Positions 49,543-57,441 of a stretch of DNA of 64,000 nucleotides are shown here, in pieces. Under the pieces are notes generated by a model, which saw only the letters and a list, made by a program, of their open reading frames with translations, ran no database searches and had not been told where the DNA came from. Location: NCBI GenBank assembly GCA_039804165.1, contig JBDRZZ010000005.1, positions 27,290 through 91,289 on the forward strand, read 5' to 3'. The stretch is from a candidate division WOR-3 bacterium. Its GTDB lineage: Bacteria; Hydrothermota; UBA3072. Numbering within the stretch: position 1 is the stretch's first letter; the number at the start of each line of letters is the position of its first letter. The translations under genes and the position numbers were made by a program.

Positions 49543-49740
49543 TTATTCCTCCCAGTCTTTCACTTCAAGATGAGAAATCGCACGATGGGAGACGAAAACA
49601 GATCGGTTGTTCGCCATTGGGGTTTCCACTTTTAGAAATAAACCTCTATCATTTCTTCCAGTTACAGTCCCTTCAAACTTTGATCCATCTATCGTTATTA
49701 TCTTTACATGTCTTCTTAACCCCCTTTTCCAGTCCACCAT
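49543..49740 (-). CDS. Divergent Hfq-like / Sm-fold small protein (65 aa)
   Basis: VKIITIDGSKFEGTVTGRNDRGLFLKVE aligns with the Sm1 motif, and VFVSHRAISHLEV matches the Hfq Sm2 motif YKHAIS. RBS AAAGGAGGAG. Confidence 0.5.
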   Translation of the reverse strand: MVDWKRGLRRHVKIITIDGSKFEGTVTGRNDRGLFLKVETPMANNRSVFVSHRAISHLEVKDWEE

Positions 49741-49764
49741 TTCTCCTCCTTTATTTTTTACTTT

Positions 49765-49902
49765 TTAACAATAACCTACAGTTCCATCACCGCTTAAGAC
49801 AATCATTCCAATTTCTGGATTACTTAAATTTTCTAATTTTGTTCCCTTTTTCAAAGACCCAACAAAACTTAATAAGATTAATAATACATTTAAAGTAACC
49901 AT
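49765..49902 (-). CDS. Unannotated 45-aa peptide with a hydrophobic N-terminus (MVTLNVLLILLSFVGSLKKGTKLENLSNPEIGMIVLSGDGTVGYC)
   Basis: ATG preceded by AAAGGAGGT at 7-nt spacing and TAA stop. Lies between a sigma54 promoter and the Hfq-like gene. Too short for the ORF track. Confidence 0.45.
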   Translation of the reverse strand: MVTLNVLLILLSFVGSLKKGTKLENLSNPEIGMIVLSGDGTVGYC

Positions 49903-49938
49903 ACGTACACCTCCTTTTATTCTTTTGTAATTTTTATA

Positions 49939-49955
49939 CGCAATACTCGTTCCAA
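49939..49955 (-). promoter_or_regulatory. Sigma54 (-24/-12) promoter
   Basis: Minus strand TTGGAACGAGTATTGCG matches TGGCAC-N5-TTGC with one mismatch and exact GG/GC spacing. An IHF-like site AATCAAATACTTA lies at 49974-49986. Confidence 0.5.
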
Positions 49956-50007
49956 AAAGATTAAGTTATTGAAAATCAAATACTTATATTGTTAAAAAGA
50001 GAAAATT

Positions 50008-50025
50008 TGTGACATTTATGTCATA
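50008..50025. promoter_or_regulatory. Palindromic upstream activator site 1 (TTGTGACA-N4-TGTCATAAAA)
   Basis: tgtgacatttatgtcata is near-dyad-symmetric (GTGACA/TGTCAT), about 55 bp upstream of the -24 element. Confidence 0.45.
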
Positions 50026-50072
50026 AAAAATTGCTTAATCTTTAGAAAGTATTGAAATTGCTGAATTTTTAT

Positions 50073-50090
50073 TGTGACAAAAATGTCATA
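50073..50090. promoter_or_regulatory. Palindromic upstream activator site 2 (second copy)
   Basis: tgtgacaaaaatgtcata, with the same flanks (ttGTGACA...TGTCATAAAA), 65 bp from copy 1 and immediately after the activator-gene stop. Confidence 0.45.
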
Positions 50091-50114
50091 AAAGGGACAG
50101 AAGAGGCGTAAAAT

Positions 50115-53100
50115 TTACTTTTTTATTTCAAATTCTTTAATTAGTCTATATAGATGTCTTTTTGAAATTTTTAAGTTTTCTGCGGTTTTTTTTATATCCC
50201 AATTTGTTTCTTCAAGAGCTAAAAGGATTGTTTCTCTTTCCCATTTTTTCTTTATCTCTGGCCATGAGACCTTTTTCTCTTCTATTTTTTCTCTTTTTAC
50301 TTCTTCTGGTAGGTCTTCTTCTTTTATATATTCTCCTTTACATTTAATTATAGAAATTTCTACAATATTTCTTAATTCTCTAATATTTCCGGGGAAGGGA
50401 TAATTTTTCAAAATCTCAATTGCTTCTTCTGTAAAGCCCTTTATCTTCTTTTCTCTTTTTTCTCTAAATATTTTTAAATAATGTTCAAGTAAAATGGGGA
50501 TATCAATTTTTCTTTCCCTTAGGGGAGGGATTGATATGTTTATTTGGTTTAAACGATAAAGGAGGTCTTCTCTAAATTCTCTTAAGAAAGCCATTTGTTC
50601 GATATCCTTATTTGTTGCAGAAATAATTCTAACATCGACCTTTCTTATTTCTGTTTCTCCCACCCTTCTAATTTCTCCAAGGTCTGTAACTCGCAAGAGT
50701 CCTGCTTGGATTGAAGGAGGAGCATCTCCAATCTCATCCAAGAAGAGAGTTCCTCCGTTTGCCTCTTCGCACATTCCCTTTTTGTCTTTTATTGCTCCGG
50801 TGAATGAACCCTTTTTGTGACCAAATAATTCACTCTGAAGCAAGGTTTCTGTTAGGGAACTACAATCCACAGTTACAAAGGGCCTATTTTTTCTTTTGCT
50901 TAAAGAGTGGATCGTTCTTGCAATAAGTTCTTTTCCAGTTCCTGTTTCTCCTGTGATTAAAACATTTACATCTGTTGGAGCAATTTCTTCTATTGTTTTA
51001 TATATCTTTTGCATTGGTTCTGAAATCCCAATTATTGAATGGAAAGAATGTGGAGGGGAAGTCATTTTTCTTAACCGAGCTAACTCCTCTTTTATTTGGT
51101 AAAGGAGATCTCCTTTTGCAAAAAGAATGCCGAGAATCCTTCCAATTGACTGTAAGAACTCTTTATCAGAAGGAAGGAAAATGTCTTTTTTTATTGTTGA
51201 ATCAAGATAAAGAACTCCATAAATTTTGTTTTTATAAGTTATTGGAACACATAAAATTGAACGGATTTTATTTCTCTGAATGGAATCCATTTTGTAAAAT
51301 CTTTCATCTATTGTTGCATCTCCTGTGATTATGACTTCTCCTTTTATAACTTTTTCAGTTATTGTTTTTGAGATCTTCCTTGCGTCCTGGAGAGTTATTT
51401 CATCTATGTTGTAAGAAGAAACAATAATATTTTTATCATTCTCTTTTAAAATTAGAGCTCCTCTTTCTGCATTTAGAAATTCTGTAATTGTGGATAAAGC
51501 TTCATCAAACCTTTTTTCCGAGTCAATTGAAGAAAGGAGTTTACTTATTTCGTCATAGGTGTAGATATATCCTTTTCTTAATGAAGTTTTTCTAGCGCAT
51601 TCTGCAAGAAGTTTGGTTGTTTCATTTAAGAAAAGTTCTGATTTTAGCTCCTTAAAAACTTCCTCTGCTTTTTTTAATTCTTCAATTGCTTCTTCTATTC
51701 TATTTTTTTGAAGTAAAATGGTTCCTTTTTTCAATTGTGTTTGAGCAATGTGGAAAGGTAGGCTAATCTTAGAGAAAAGCTTAATTGCTTTATCGCAAAA
51801 CCTTGGTTCCTCGTTTATAAAACCCCAAGAAGAAAGAAGCTTCCCTTTTTCAAAATTTGATTTTAAGGAAGAGATTTTCTCAAAATAAGGTTTTAGAGTT
51901 TCTACTGCCTCTTCTTTTTTTCCTTCTAAGAATAAAACTTCCGAAAGTTGTCGAGCAATATCTCTTTCATCTCTTGGGTCTCCTTTTGTTCTTTTTAAAA
52001 CCTCTCTAAAAATCTTCTCAGCTTCTTTTAGTTCTCCTTTCCATCTAAGAATTGTTCCTTCTAAGTCTCTTAAGTCATATTTTTCTTCTTTTAATTCATT
52101 TCTTAATCTTTCAACCTCAAGCCAATTTCCTTTATATAGCTCTCCTTCAAGTAATTTTGCCTTTAAGAAAGGTTGAAGCTTTCCATGCCTATTTTTAAAA
52201 TCTTCTATTTTCTCTTTTAATTTTTCCCAAAAACCAGTATTAAGATAAAGAATAGATAAACTTGTTAGACAAGGAGATTCAAGTTCTCCAATTTTTAATT
52301 TTTTGAAAATTGAAAGGGCCTCTTCAAGTTGTTTTAAAGCTTCCTTATAGTTATCAAGGCGTAAAAGGGAAATTCCTTTATATGTTATAAATATTGCTTC
52401 ATTTACAAAATCTCGTTCTTTTTTAGATATCTCAAGACATTTCTCAAAATATTCAATTGCCTCTTCATGTTCTTCTTTCTGTTGATTCGCAATCCCTCCA
52501 AGGGTTAAGAAATGTCTTTTTAAGGTAGGGGAGAGGTCTTTTTTTAGTTCCTCTTCAACAATTTTTAATGTTTTCTCAAAATCTCCTTTTGCGCAGAGAA
52601 ACCTTCCTTCAACAAATTTTAATTTTGGTGGTAATTCTTTTGCTTCATTTTTGTATTCCAAAATGAGTTTTTCTGCCTCTTCTATTCTTTCCTGTCTTAC
52701 AAGAAAATAACCTAACCAATAAATCCCTTCTTCTTTTAATTTTCCCTTTGCAAATTTAATTCCTTCTCTAAAATATTTTTCAGCTTCTTCTTTATTCTCA
52801 AGCCTATCAAAAATAGCTCCAATTTTTAATAAATAAAAAGGATTCTCTTTTTTCTTTTCTAAAAGTTCTTTGTAAATGGATAGGGCTTCATTTATCTTTC
52901 CTCCTAATTCAAAAACTCTTCCAAGAACCATCCGAAGAATTGGCTCATCTTTTAAAAGAAGAGCTTCTTGTAAAAATTTTCCAGCTTCCTGATAATCTTT
53001 CTCTTTTATTTTCTTTTTTGCTATTTTTATTAAAGATTCTCTATATTCTTTTTCTTTACCTAAGTCTTTTTCAAGAAGATGTAAAGACTCAGGAGTGGAG

Positions 53101-54740
53101 ATTCTTTTTTTTATTCTTTTATAAAGTTCTTCCTTTTCTTTTTGGGTCAGTTTTTTATAGAAGAAATCTCTTGTCCAATTAGAAAGAAATTGAATTCCTT
53201 TCTTATCTTTTTTTAATATGTTCTTTGAGGAAAGAGAATTAACCAAAGTGTAAGGATTTTTTATTTCAAAAATTGAAATTGAATTTAAAGGGAAGCTTTC
53301 CTGGAAAATGGATAGTTTTTTTAATAGTTCCTTTTCTTCTAAGGGAAGCTTTTCGAGTTTTGCTTTTAAATTTTCTTCAATACCTTTTGGTAAGGAAATA
53401 GATAAGGGAAGTTTCTCATTAAAGAAAATTTCATCTCCTTTTCTTTCAATTGCTCCTTCTAAAATGAGATTCTCGATTAGCTGATTTAAAATAAGAGGAT
53501 TCCCTTCGCTTTGTTTAAGGAGAAAAGAAGTTAGCTCTTTTTTATTTATAATCTTATTAGGAAAATTTTTGTTAATAATGAATTCAATTTCTTCTTTGTT
53601 TAAGGGAGAAAGGGTAAAAGAAGTTGTAATATCTTCTAATTCTTCTAATTCGTTTTCTTTATCAGGGCTGCTTATCACAATTAAAATAGGGCTTAACCTT
53701 ATTGTTGTTTTATTTTCTTTTAAGATAACTTTTATTTCCTGAAGAGAAGCATTATCAATAAATATAACAATGGGTTCTGTTATTCTTTCTTCTTTAAAGA
53801 AAAGATGGATTTCTCCGGAACTCATTTCTTTTATGTTTATTCCCTTTATAAGAGCTCTTATTTTGAATTCCCTTAAAAGAGCTGTTTTGCCAATTCCTTT
53901 TTCTCCTTTTATTAATAAAATGTGAGGCTCAGGCAGGTTGGAAAGATAAAACTCGAAATCCTTTATTTCTTTTTCTCTTCCAGAAAAAATTGTAATAAAT
54001 GAGAGCTTTCTTTCTTCTATTGTGGTTCCAAGAAGAATTTCTCTTTTTACATCTTCTATATTCTTAATCCTATTTTCAATTTGGGGTTCAATCATCCTCT
54101 GAATTAGAAAGTTTAATTCCTCTGGAATTAAAGGATTATATCTTTCTGGTGGGGGAAGACGGTTTTTTAGTTTTTCCTCTATTATTTTTGACAGGTTTCC
54201 TTTAAATGCTTTTTCTCCTGTTAAAATCTCGTAAAGAATTATGCCAATAGAGTAAATGTCAGAAGAAAAAGAAGGGACTTCTGTAAAGGCTTCTGGAGAT
54301 GTATATGTAGGAGTAATTATTTCCGGATTATATCCTGGATCGATCAACTTGACGTTATTTCTTTCATCCACAAATATGTGATTTGGTTTAAGATCGCCAC
54401 AGACAATTCCACGAGAATGTAGAACTGAAAGAGCATCAAGAATGGAGTTAAGAATATTTTTGATTTTGTCGAAATCTTCTTTTTGAGACGGTTTTACTTT
54501 GAAGACTTTGTCGATTGTTGGAGAAGAGATTTTTTCCATTGAAAAGCCACATTTTTCACCATCTTCAAACCACTCGTAAACAGTTACAAAATGAGGGTCT
54601 CTAATTTCAGAGAGAAGTTTAAATTGTTCGTAAAGTAAATCCTTCTTTAGAAGTTCTCCAACTTTGTATACAATTTCTCCTTTTTCGTAAATCTTTGCAA
54701 AATTTCCTTTTTTAATAAGATTAAATTTAGTTAAATCCAT
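50115..54740 (-). CDS. Giant multidomain sigma54-dependent transcriptional activator: Ser/Thr-kinase-like domain, AAA_16/STAND-type P-loop NTPase, TPR array, GAF, sigma54-interaction AAA+ domain and Fis-type HTH
   Basis: Kinase-like motifs (CGDLKPNH, DPG, SPE, DIYSIG). Walker A GEKGIGKT. About 500 aa of TPR-like repeats. GAF (ILCVPITYKNKIYGVLYLD). EBP core (VLITGETGTGKE, GSFTGA, LFLDEIGD). C-terminal HTH (ISKRHLYRLIKEF). No receiver domain. Confidence 0.85.
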   Translation of the reverse strand: MDLTKFNLIKKGNFAKIYEKGEIVYKVGELLKKDLLYEQFKLLSEIRDPHFVTVYEWFEDGEKCGFSMEKISSPTIDKVFKVKPSQKEDFDKIKNILNSILDALSVLHSRGIVCGDLKPNHIFVDERNNVKLIDPGYNPEIITPTYTSPEAFTEVPSFSSDIYSIGIILYEILTGEKAFKGNLSKIIEEKLKNRLPPPERYNPLIPEELNFLIQRMIEPQIENRIKNIEDVKREILLGTTIEERKLSFITIFSGREKEIKDFEFYLSNLPEPHILLIKGEKGIGKTALLREFKIRALIKGINIKEMSSGEIHLFFKEERITEPIVIFIDNASLQEIKVILKENKTTIRLSPILIVISSPDKENELEELEDITTSFTLSPLNKEEIEFIINKNFPNKIINKKELTSFLLKQSEGNPLILNQLIENLILEGAIERKGDEIFFNEKLPLSISLPKGIEENLKAKLEKLPLEEKELLKKLSIFQESFPLNSISIFEIKNPYTLVNSLSSKNILKKDKKGIQFLSNWTRDFFYKKLTQKEKEELYKRIKKRISTPESLHLLEKDLGKEKEYRESLIKIAKKKIKEKDYQEAGKFLQEALLLKDEPILRMVLGRVFELGGKINEALSIYKELLEKKKENPFYLLKIGAIFDRLENKEEAEKYFREGIKFAKGKLKEEGIYWLGYFLVRQERIEEAEKLILEYKNEAKELPPKLKFVEGRFLCAKGDFEKTLKIVEEELKKDLSPTLKRHFLTLGGIANQQKEEHEEAIEYFEKCLEISKKERDFVNEAIFITYKGISLLRLDNYKEALKQLEEALSIFKKLKIGELESPCLTSLSILYLNTGFWEKLKEKIEDFKNRHGKLQPFLKAKLLEGELYKGNWLEVERLRNELKEEKYDLRDLEGTILRWKGELKEAEKIFREVLKRTKGDPRDERDIARQLSEVLFLEGKKEEAVETLKPYFEKISSLKSNFEKGKLLSSWGFINEEPRFCDKAIKLFSKISLPFHIAQTQLKKGTILLQKNRIEEAIEELKKAEEVFKELKSELFLNETTKLLAECARKTSLRKGYIYTYDEISKLLSSIDSEKRFDEALSTITEFLNAERGALILKENDKNIIVSSYNIDEITLQDARKISKTITEKVIKGEVIITGDATIDERFYKMDSIQRNKIRSILCVPITYKNKIYGVLYLDSTIKKDIFLPSDKEFLQSIGRILGILFAKGDLLYQIKEELARLRKMTSPPHSFHSIIGISEPMQKIYKTIEEIAPTDVNVLITGETGTGKELIARTIHSLSKRKNRPFVTVDCSSLTETLLQSELFGHKKGSFTGAIKDKKGMCEEANGGTLFLDEIGDAPPSIQAGLLRVTDLGEIRRVGETEIRKVDVRIISATNKDIEQMAFLREFREDLLYRLNQINISIPPLRERKIDIPILLEHYLKIFREKREKKIKGFTEEAIEILKNYPFPGNIRELRNIVEISIIKCKGEYIKEEDLPEEVKREKIEEKKVSWPEIKKKWERETILLALEETNWDIKKTAENLKISKRHLYRLIKEFEIKK

Positions 54741-54790
54741 AAATTATTTTTATAATTTAATCAAAATATGTGAAATACACAAGAGGGGAG

Positions 54791-54836
54791 GAGAAGATAA
54801 TAAAACCTCTTTACTTTTATCTTCTTTTTTGTAAAA
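54791..54836 (+). other. Terminator-like hairpin plus T-run immediately upstream of phoB
   Basis: gagaagataa-N16-ttatcttctt stem, followed by ttttttgtaaaat. Confidence 0.35.
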
Positions 54837-54846
54837 TATAAAAAAT

Positions 54847-55527
54847 ATGGGTAAAATAATTGTGGTTGTAGATGATGAGGTTGATATTGTAGAGCTTATT
54901 TCTGTTAACCTGGGAAAAGTAGGCTTTAAAGTTGAAGGTTTTTATAATGCAGGTGACTTTTTAAATTTTCTTAAAAAGAGAACCCCTGACCTTATTATTC
55001 TTGATTTAATGTTGCCTGACGCGGATGGTTTTGAGGTTTGTAAATATTTAAAATCTGAGGAGAAATATGGAAATATTCCAATTATAATGGTAACAGCAAA
55101 AGGTGAAGAGGTGGATAAGATTTTAGGTCTTGAGATTGGAGCTGATGATTATATCACAAAGCCTTTTTCTACAAGGGAATTAATTGCAAGGGTTAAGGCG
55201 GTTTTAAGAAGGTTTGAGAAAGAGGATAAATTTGAGGTTATTAAGATAGGGGGAAACGTGGAAATTCTTCCTAATAAGTATAAGGTTATTGTTTCTGGCA
55301 AAGAAATTGAGCTTACTTCAACCGAGTTTAAAATTTTGGTTTTGCTTGCTAAGAGGAAAGGGTGGGTTTTTTCCCGAGACCAGATTCTAAATTATCTATA
55401 TGAAGGGGAGAGACTCGTATTTGACAGAACTATTGATGTTCACATAGCACATCTTAGGGAAAAACTTGGCAAATATGGAGGTTTTATTAAAAGTGTGAGG
55501 GGTATAGGATATAAAATAGAAGAATGA
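54847..55527 (+). CDS. phoB: OmpR/PhoB-family response regulator
   Basis: REC domain (VVVDDE...DLIILDLMLPDADG...ITKPF) plus a winged-helix output domain. Followed by phoR and pst genes. Confidence 0.85.
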   Translation: MGKIIVVVDDEVDIVELISVNLGKVGFKVEGFYNAGDFLNFLKKRTPDLIILDLMLPDADGFEVCKYLKSEEKYGNIPIIMVTAKGEEVDKILGLEIGADDYITKPFSTRELIARVKAVLRRFEKEDKFEVIKIGGNVEILPNKYKVIVSGKEIELTSTEFKILVLLAKRKGWVFSRDQILNYLYEGERLVFDRTIDVHIAHLREKLGKYGGFIKSVRGIGYKIEE

Positions 55528-57260
55528 AGAATATATTTTTTAGAATCTTTTTTGGGCAGTTAATTTTGATTAGTTGTGTTTCTTTATTTTTTGTTTTGTT
55601 TTCTTTTGGTTTAGTAAAAAGGTATTATGTTAATACTCTTACCGAAAACCTTGAAAAAATTGCTCTTTCTCTTAGAAGGACCTTAACTCCTTATCTTGTT
55701 TGTGAAAAATTCTCTTCTTTAGATTCTCTTGCAAAGTATATTGGAAAAGAGATAAAGGTGAGAATTACTGTAGTTGACTTAAAAGGGGTTGTTCTTGCTG
55801 ATTCCGAAGAGAATCCTGAGAAAATGGAAAACCACGGAACAAGGCCAGAAATATTACAAGCTTTTTATGGAAAAACCGGGATTTCTCTTCGTTTTAGCAA
55901 AACTTTTGGTAAAGATATGTTATATGTTGCTATTCCTATTAAAGATGAAAAAGGTGAGGTGTTTGGAGTTATAAGGTTGAGTTTATTTTTCACTCAGATA
56001 GATGAGCTAATAGGTGCTTTTGTTAGAAATTTACTTATTGTTGTTTTTTCGCTTTTATTTTTTTCTATTTTTGTATCTTTTTTTTATTCTAAATCTCTTG
56101 CAAAACCCATTGGTGAGCTTGTAAGTATAGCCGATGAAGTAGCTAAAGGTAATTTTGAACTTGAGGTTTTTGTAGAAGGTAAGGGAGAATTAAAGAGGCT
56201 TGCCGAAAGCTTTAATAGTATGCTCACTCGTATTAGAGAATTGGTTTCTAAATTATCAGAACAAAGAGATTCTCTTGATATTGTTATTTCTTCTATTGGA
56301 GAAGCTCTTCTTGTGATTAACTCGGATGAAAAGATAGTGATTGTTAATGATAGTTTTAAAGAGATTTTTAATGTAAGTGAAGTAAAAAATAAATATTATT
56401 GGGAGGTTTTTAGAGAACCTCAGTTTGGAGAAATTATAGAAGAAGTAAAAAAGAAAAGAGATAGCGTAGTAAAGGAAATAAAAATTGGAGAGAGATATTT
56501 TATATGCACTGCTAACTTTTTAAAAAAATATAATGAAGTTGTAATTACTCTTCACGAAATAACCGAGAAAAAGAAAACCGAATTAATGAAAAAAGATTTT
56601 ATTTCAAATGTCTCTCATGAACTCCGGACACCTTTAACTGCTATTAAGGGTTTTGTTGAAACTCTTTTAGAAACTCAAAAGGGTGATGGTAAGAGATATC
56701 TTGAAATAATAAGAAAGCAAACAGATCGTCTCATTAATATTGTTAAAGATTTACTTAGACTTTCTGAACTTGAAGAAATTGAAGAAGGGAAGATTAAAAT
56801 TGATTTTTCACAGGTGGATTTAAAGAAATTGATAAAGGATGTTTTAAGTATTTACGAAAAAGAAATGAAAGATAAGGGCTTGCGCTTGGTTGTTTCTATA
56901 GATAGAAGCGTTTCTAAGATTAAAGGTGATCCATTTAAACTCGAGCAGCTTTTTATGAATTTAATTGAGAATGCTATTAGGTATACAGATAAAGGAGAAA
57001 TAAAAATAAATGCAAGAAGAGAAAAGAGAGCGATTGTTATTGAAGTTTCTGATACAGGAATTGGAATATCCGAGGAACATTTACCAAGAATTTTTGAAAG
57101 ATTCTACGTTGTGGATAAGTCTCGTTCCCGTGAATATGGAGGGACAGGTCTTGGGCTATCCATTGTGAAGCATATTGTCCAATTACATCAAGGAGAGATA
57201 AGGGTTGAGAGTAAAAAAAATAAAGGAACAAAATTTACCATTATTTTGCCGGAGAATTAG
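55524..57260 (+). CDS. phoR: Phosphate-regulon sensor histidine kinase (PhoR-like: TM, HAMP, PAS, HisKA, HATPase)
   Basis: H-box SHELRTPLTAIKGF and ATPase boxes (DTGIGI, GGTGLGLSIVK). Overlaps phoB with ATGA. Confidence 0.8.
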   Translation: MKNIFFRIFFGQLILISCVSLFFVLFSFGLVKRYYVNTLTENLEKIALSLRRTLTPYLVCEKFSSLDSLAKYIGKEIKVRITVVDLKGVVLADSEENPEKMENHGTRPEILQAFYGKTGISLRFSKTFGKDMLYVAIPIKDEKGEVFGVIRLSLFFTQIDELIGAFVRNLLIVVFSLLFFSIFVSFFYSKSLAKPIGELVSIADEVAKGNFELEVFVEGKGELKRLAESFNSMLTRIRELVSKLSEQRDSLDIVISSIGEALLVINSDEKIVIVNDSFKEIFNVSEVKNKYYWEVFREPQFGEIIEEVKKKRDSVVKEIKIGERYFICTANFLKKYNEVVITLHEITEKKKTELMKKDFISNVSHELRTPLTAIKGFVETLLETQKGDGKRYLEIIRKQTDRLINIVKDLLRLSELEEIEEGKIKIDFSQVDLKKLIKDVLSIYEKEMKDKGLRLVVSIDRSVSKIKGDPFKLEQLFMNLIENAIRYTDKGEIKINARREKRAIVIEVSDTGIGISEEHLPRIFERFYVVDKSRSREYGGTGLGLSIVKHIVQLHQGEIRVESKKNKGTKFTIILPEN

Positions 57261-57310
57261 GTTTGTAAGTTTTGTTTTTATAGGGTCGATTAATAAGTCA
57301 ATTTTTAATC

Positions 57311-57349
57311 TTAACAAATACTTAATACTGAATTAATAAGAAATTAACC
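57311..57349 (+). promoter_or_regulatory. Pho-box-like array upstream of the porin gene: four 6-bp direct repeats at 11-bp periodicity
   Basis: TTAACA-aatac-TTAATA-ctgaa-TTAATA-agaaa-TTAACC. This matches the Bacillus-type PhoP box TT(A/T/C)ACA with 5-nt spacers. Confidence 0.5.
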
Positions 57350-57441
57350 ACTCTATTTATGGTAGATTGTGAAGACTAAGTTGTATGTTTGACTTCATTA
57401 AATGGTGTATTATAAACCTTTAACTCAAAAAGGAGGTTTTT

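Noticed and set aside
50115-54740. The STAND NTPase + TPR part of the giant ORF as an Avs/NLR-like antiphage defence protein
   Set aside because: It is fused in-frame to GAF, a sigma54 AAA+ domain and an HTH. It sits beside its own enhancer sites and promoter, with no nuclease or effector domain and no mobile or defence-island neighbours. A transcriptional regulator is the better explanation.
54741-54790. Pho-box upstream of phoB (autoregulation)
   Set aside because: No TTAAYA hexamers at 11-bp phase were found there, only generic AT-rich sequence. In contrast, the clear arrays sit upstream of the porin gene and pstS.
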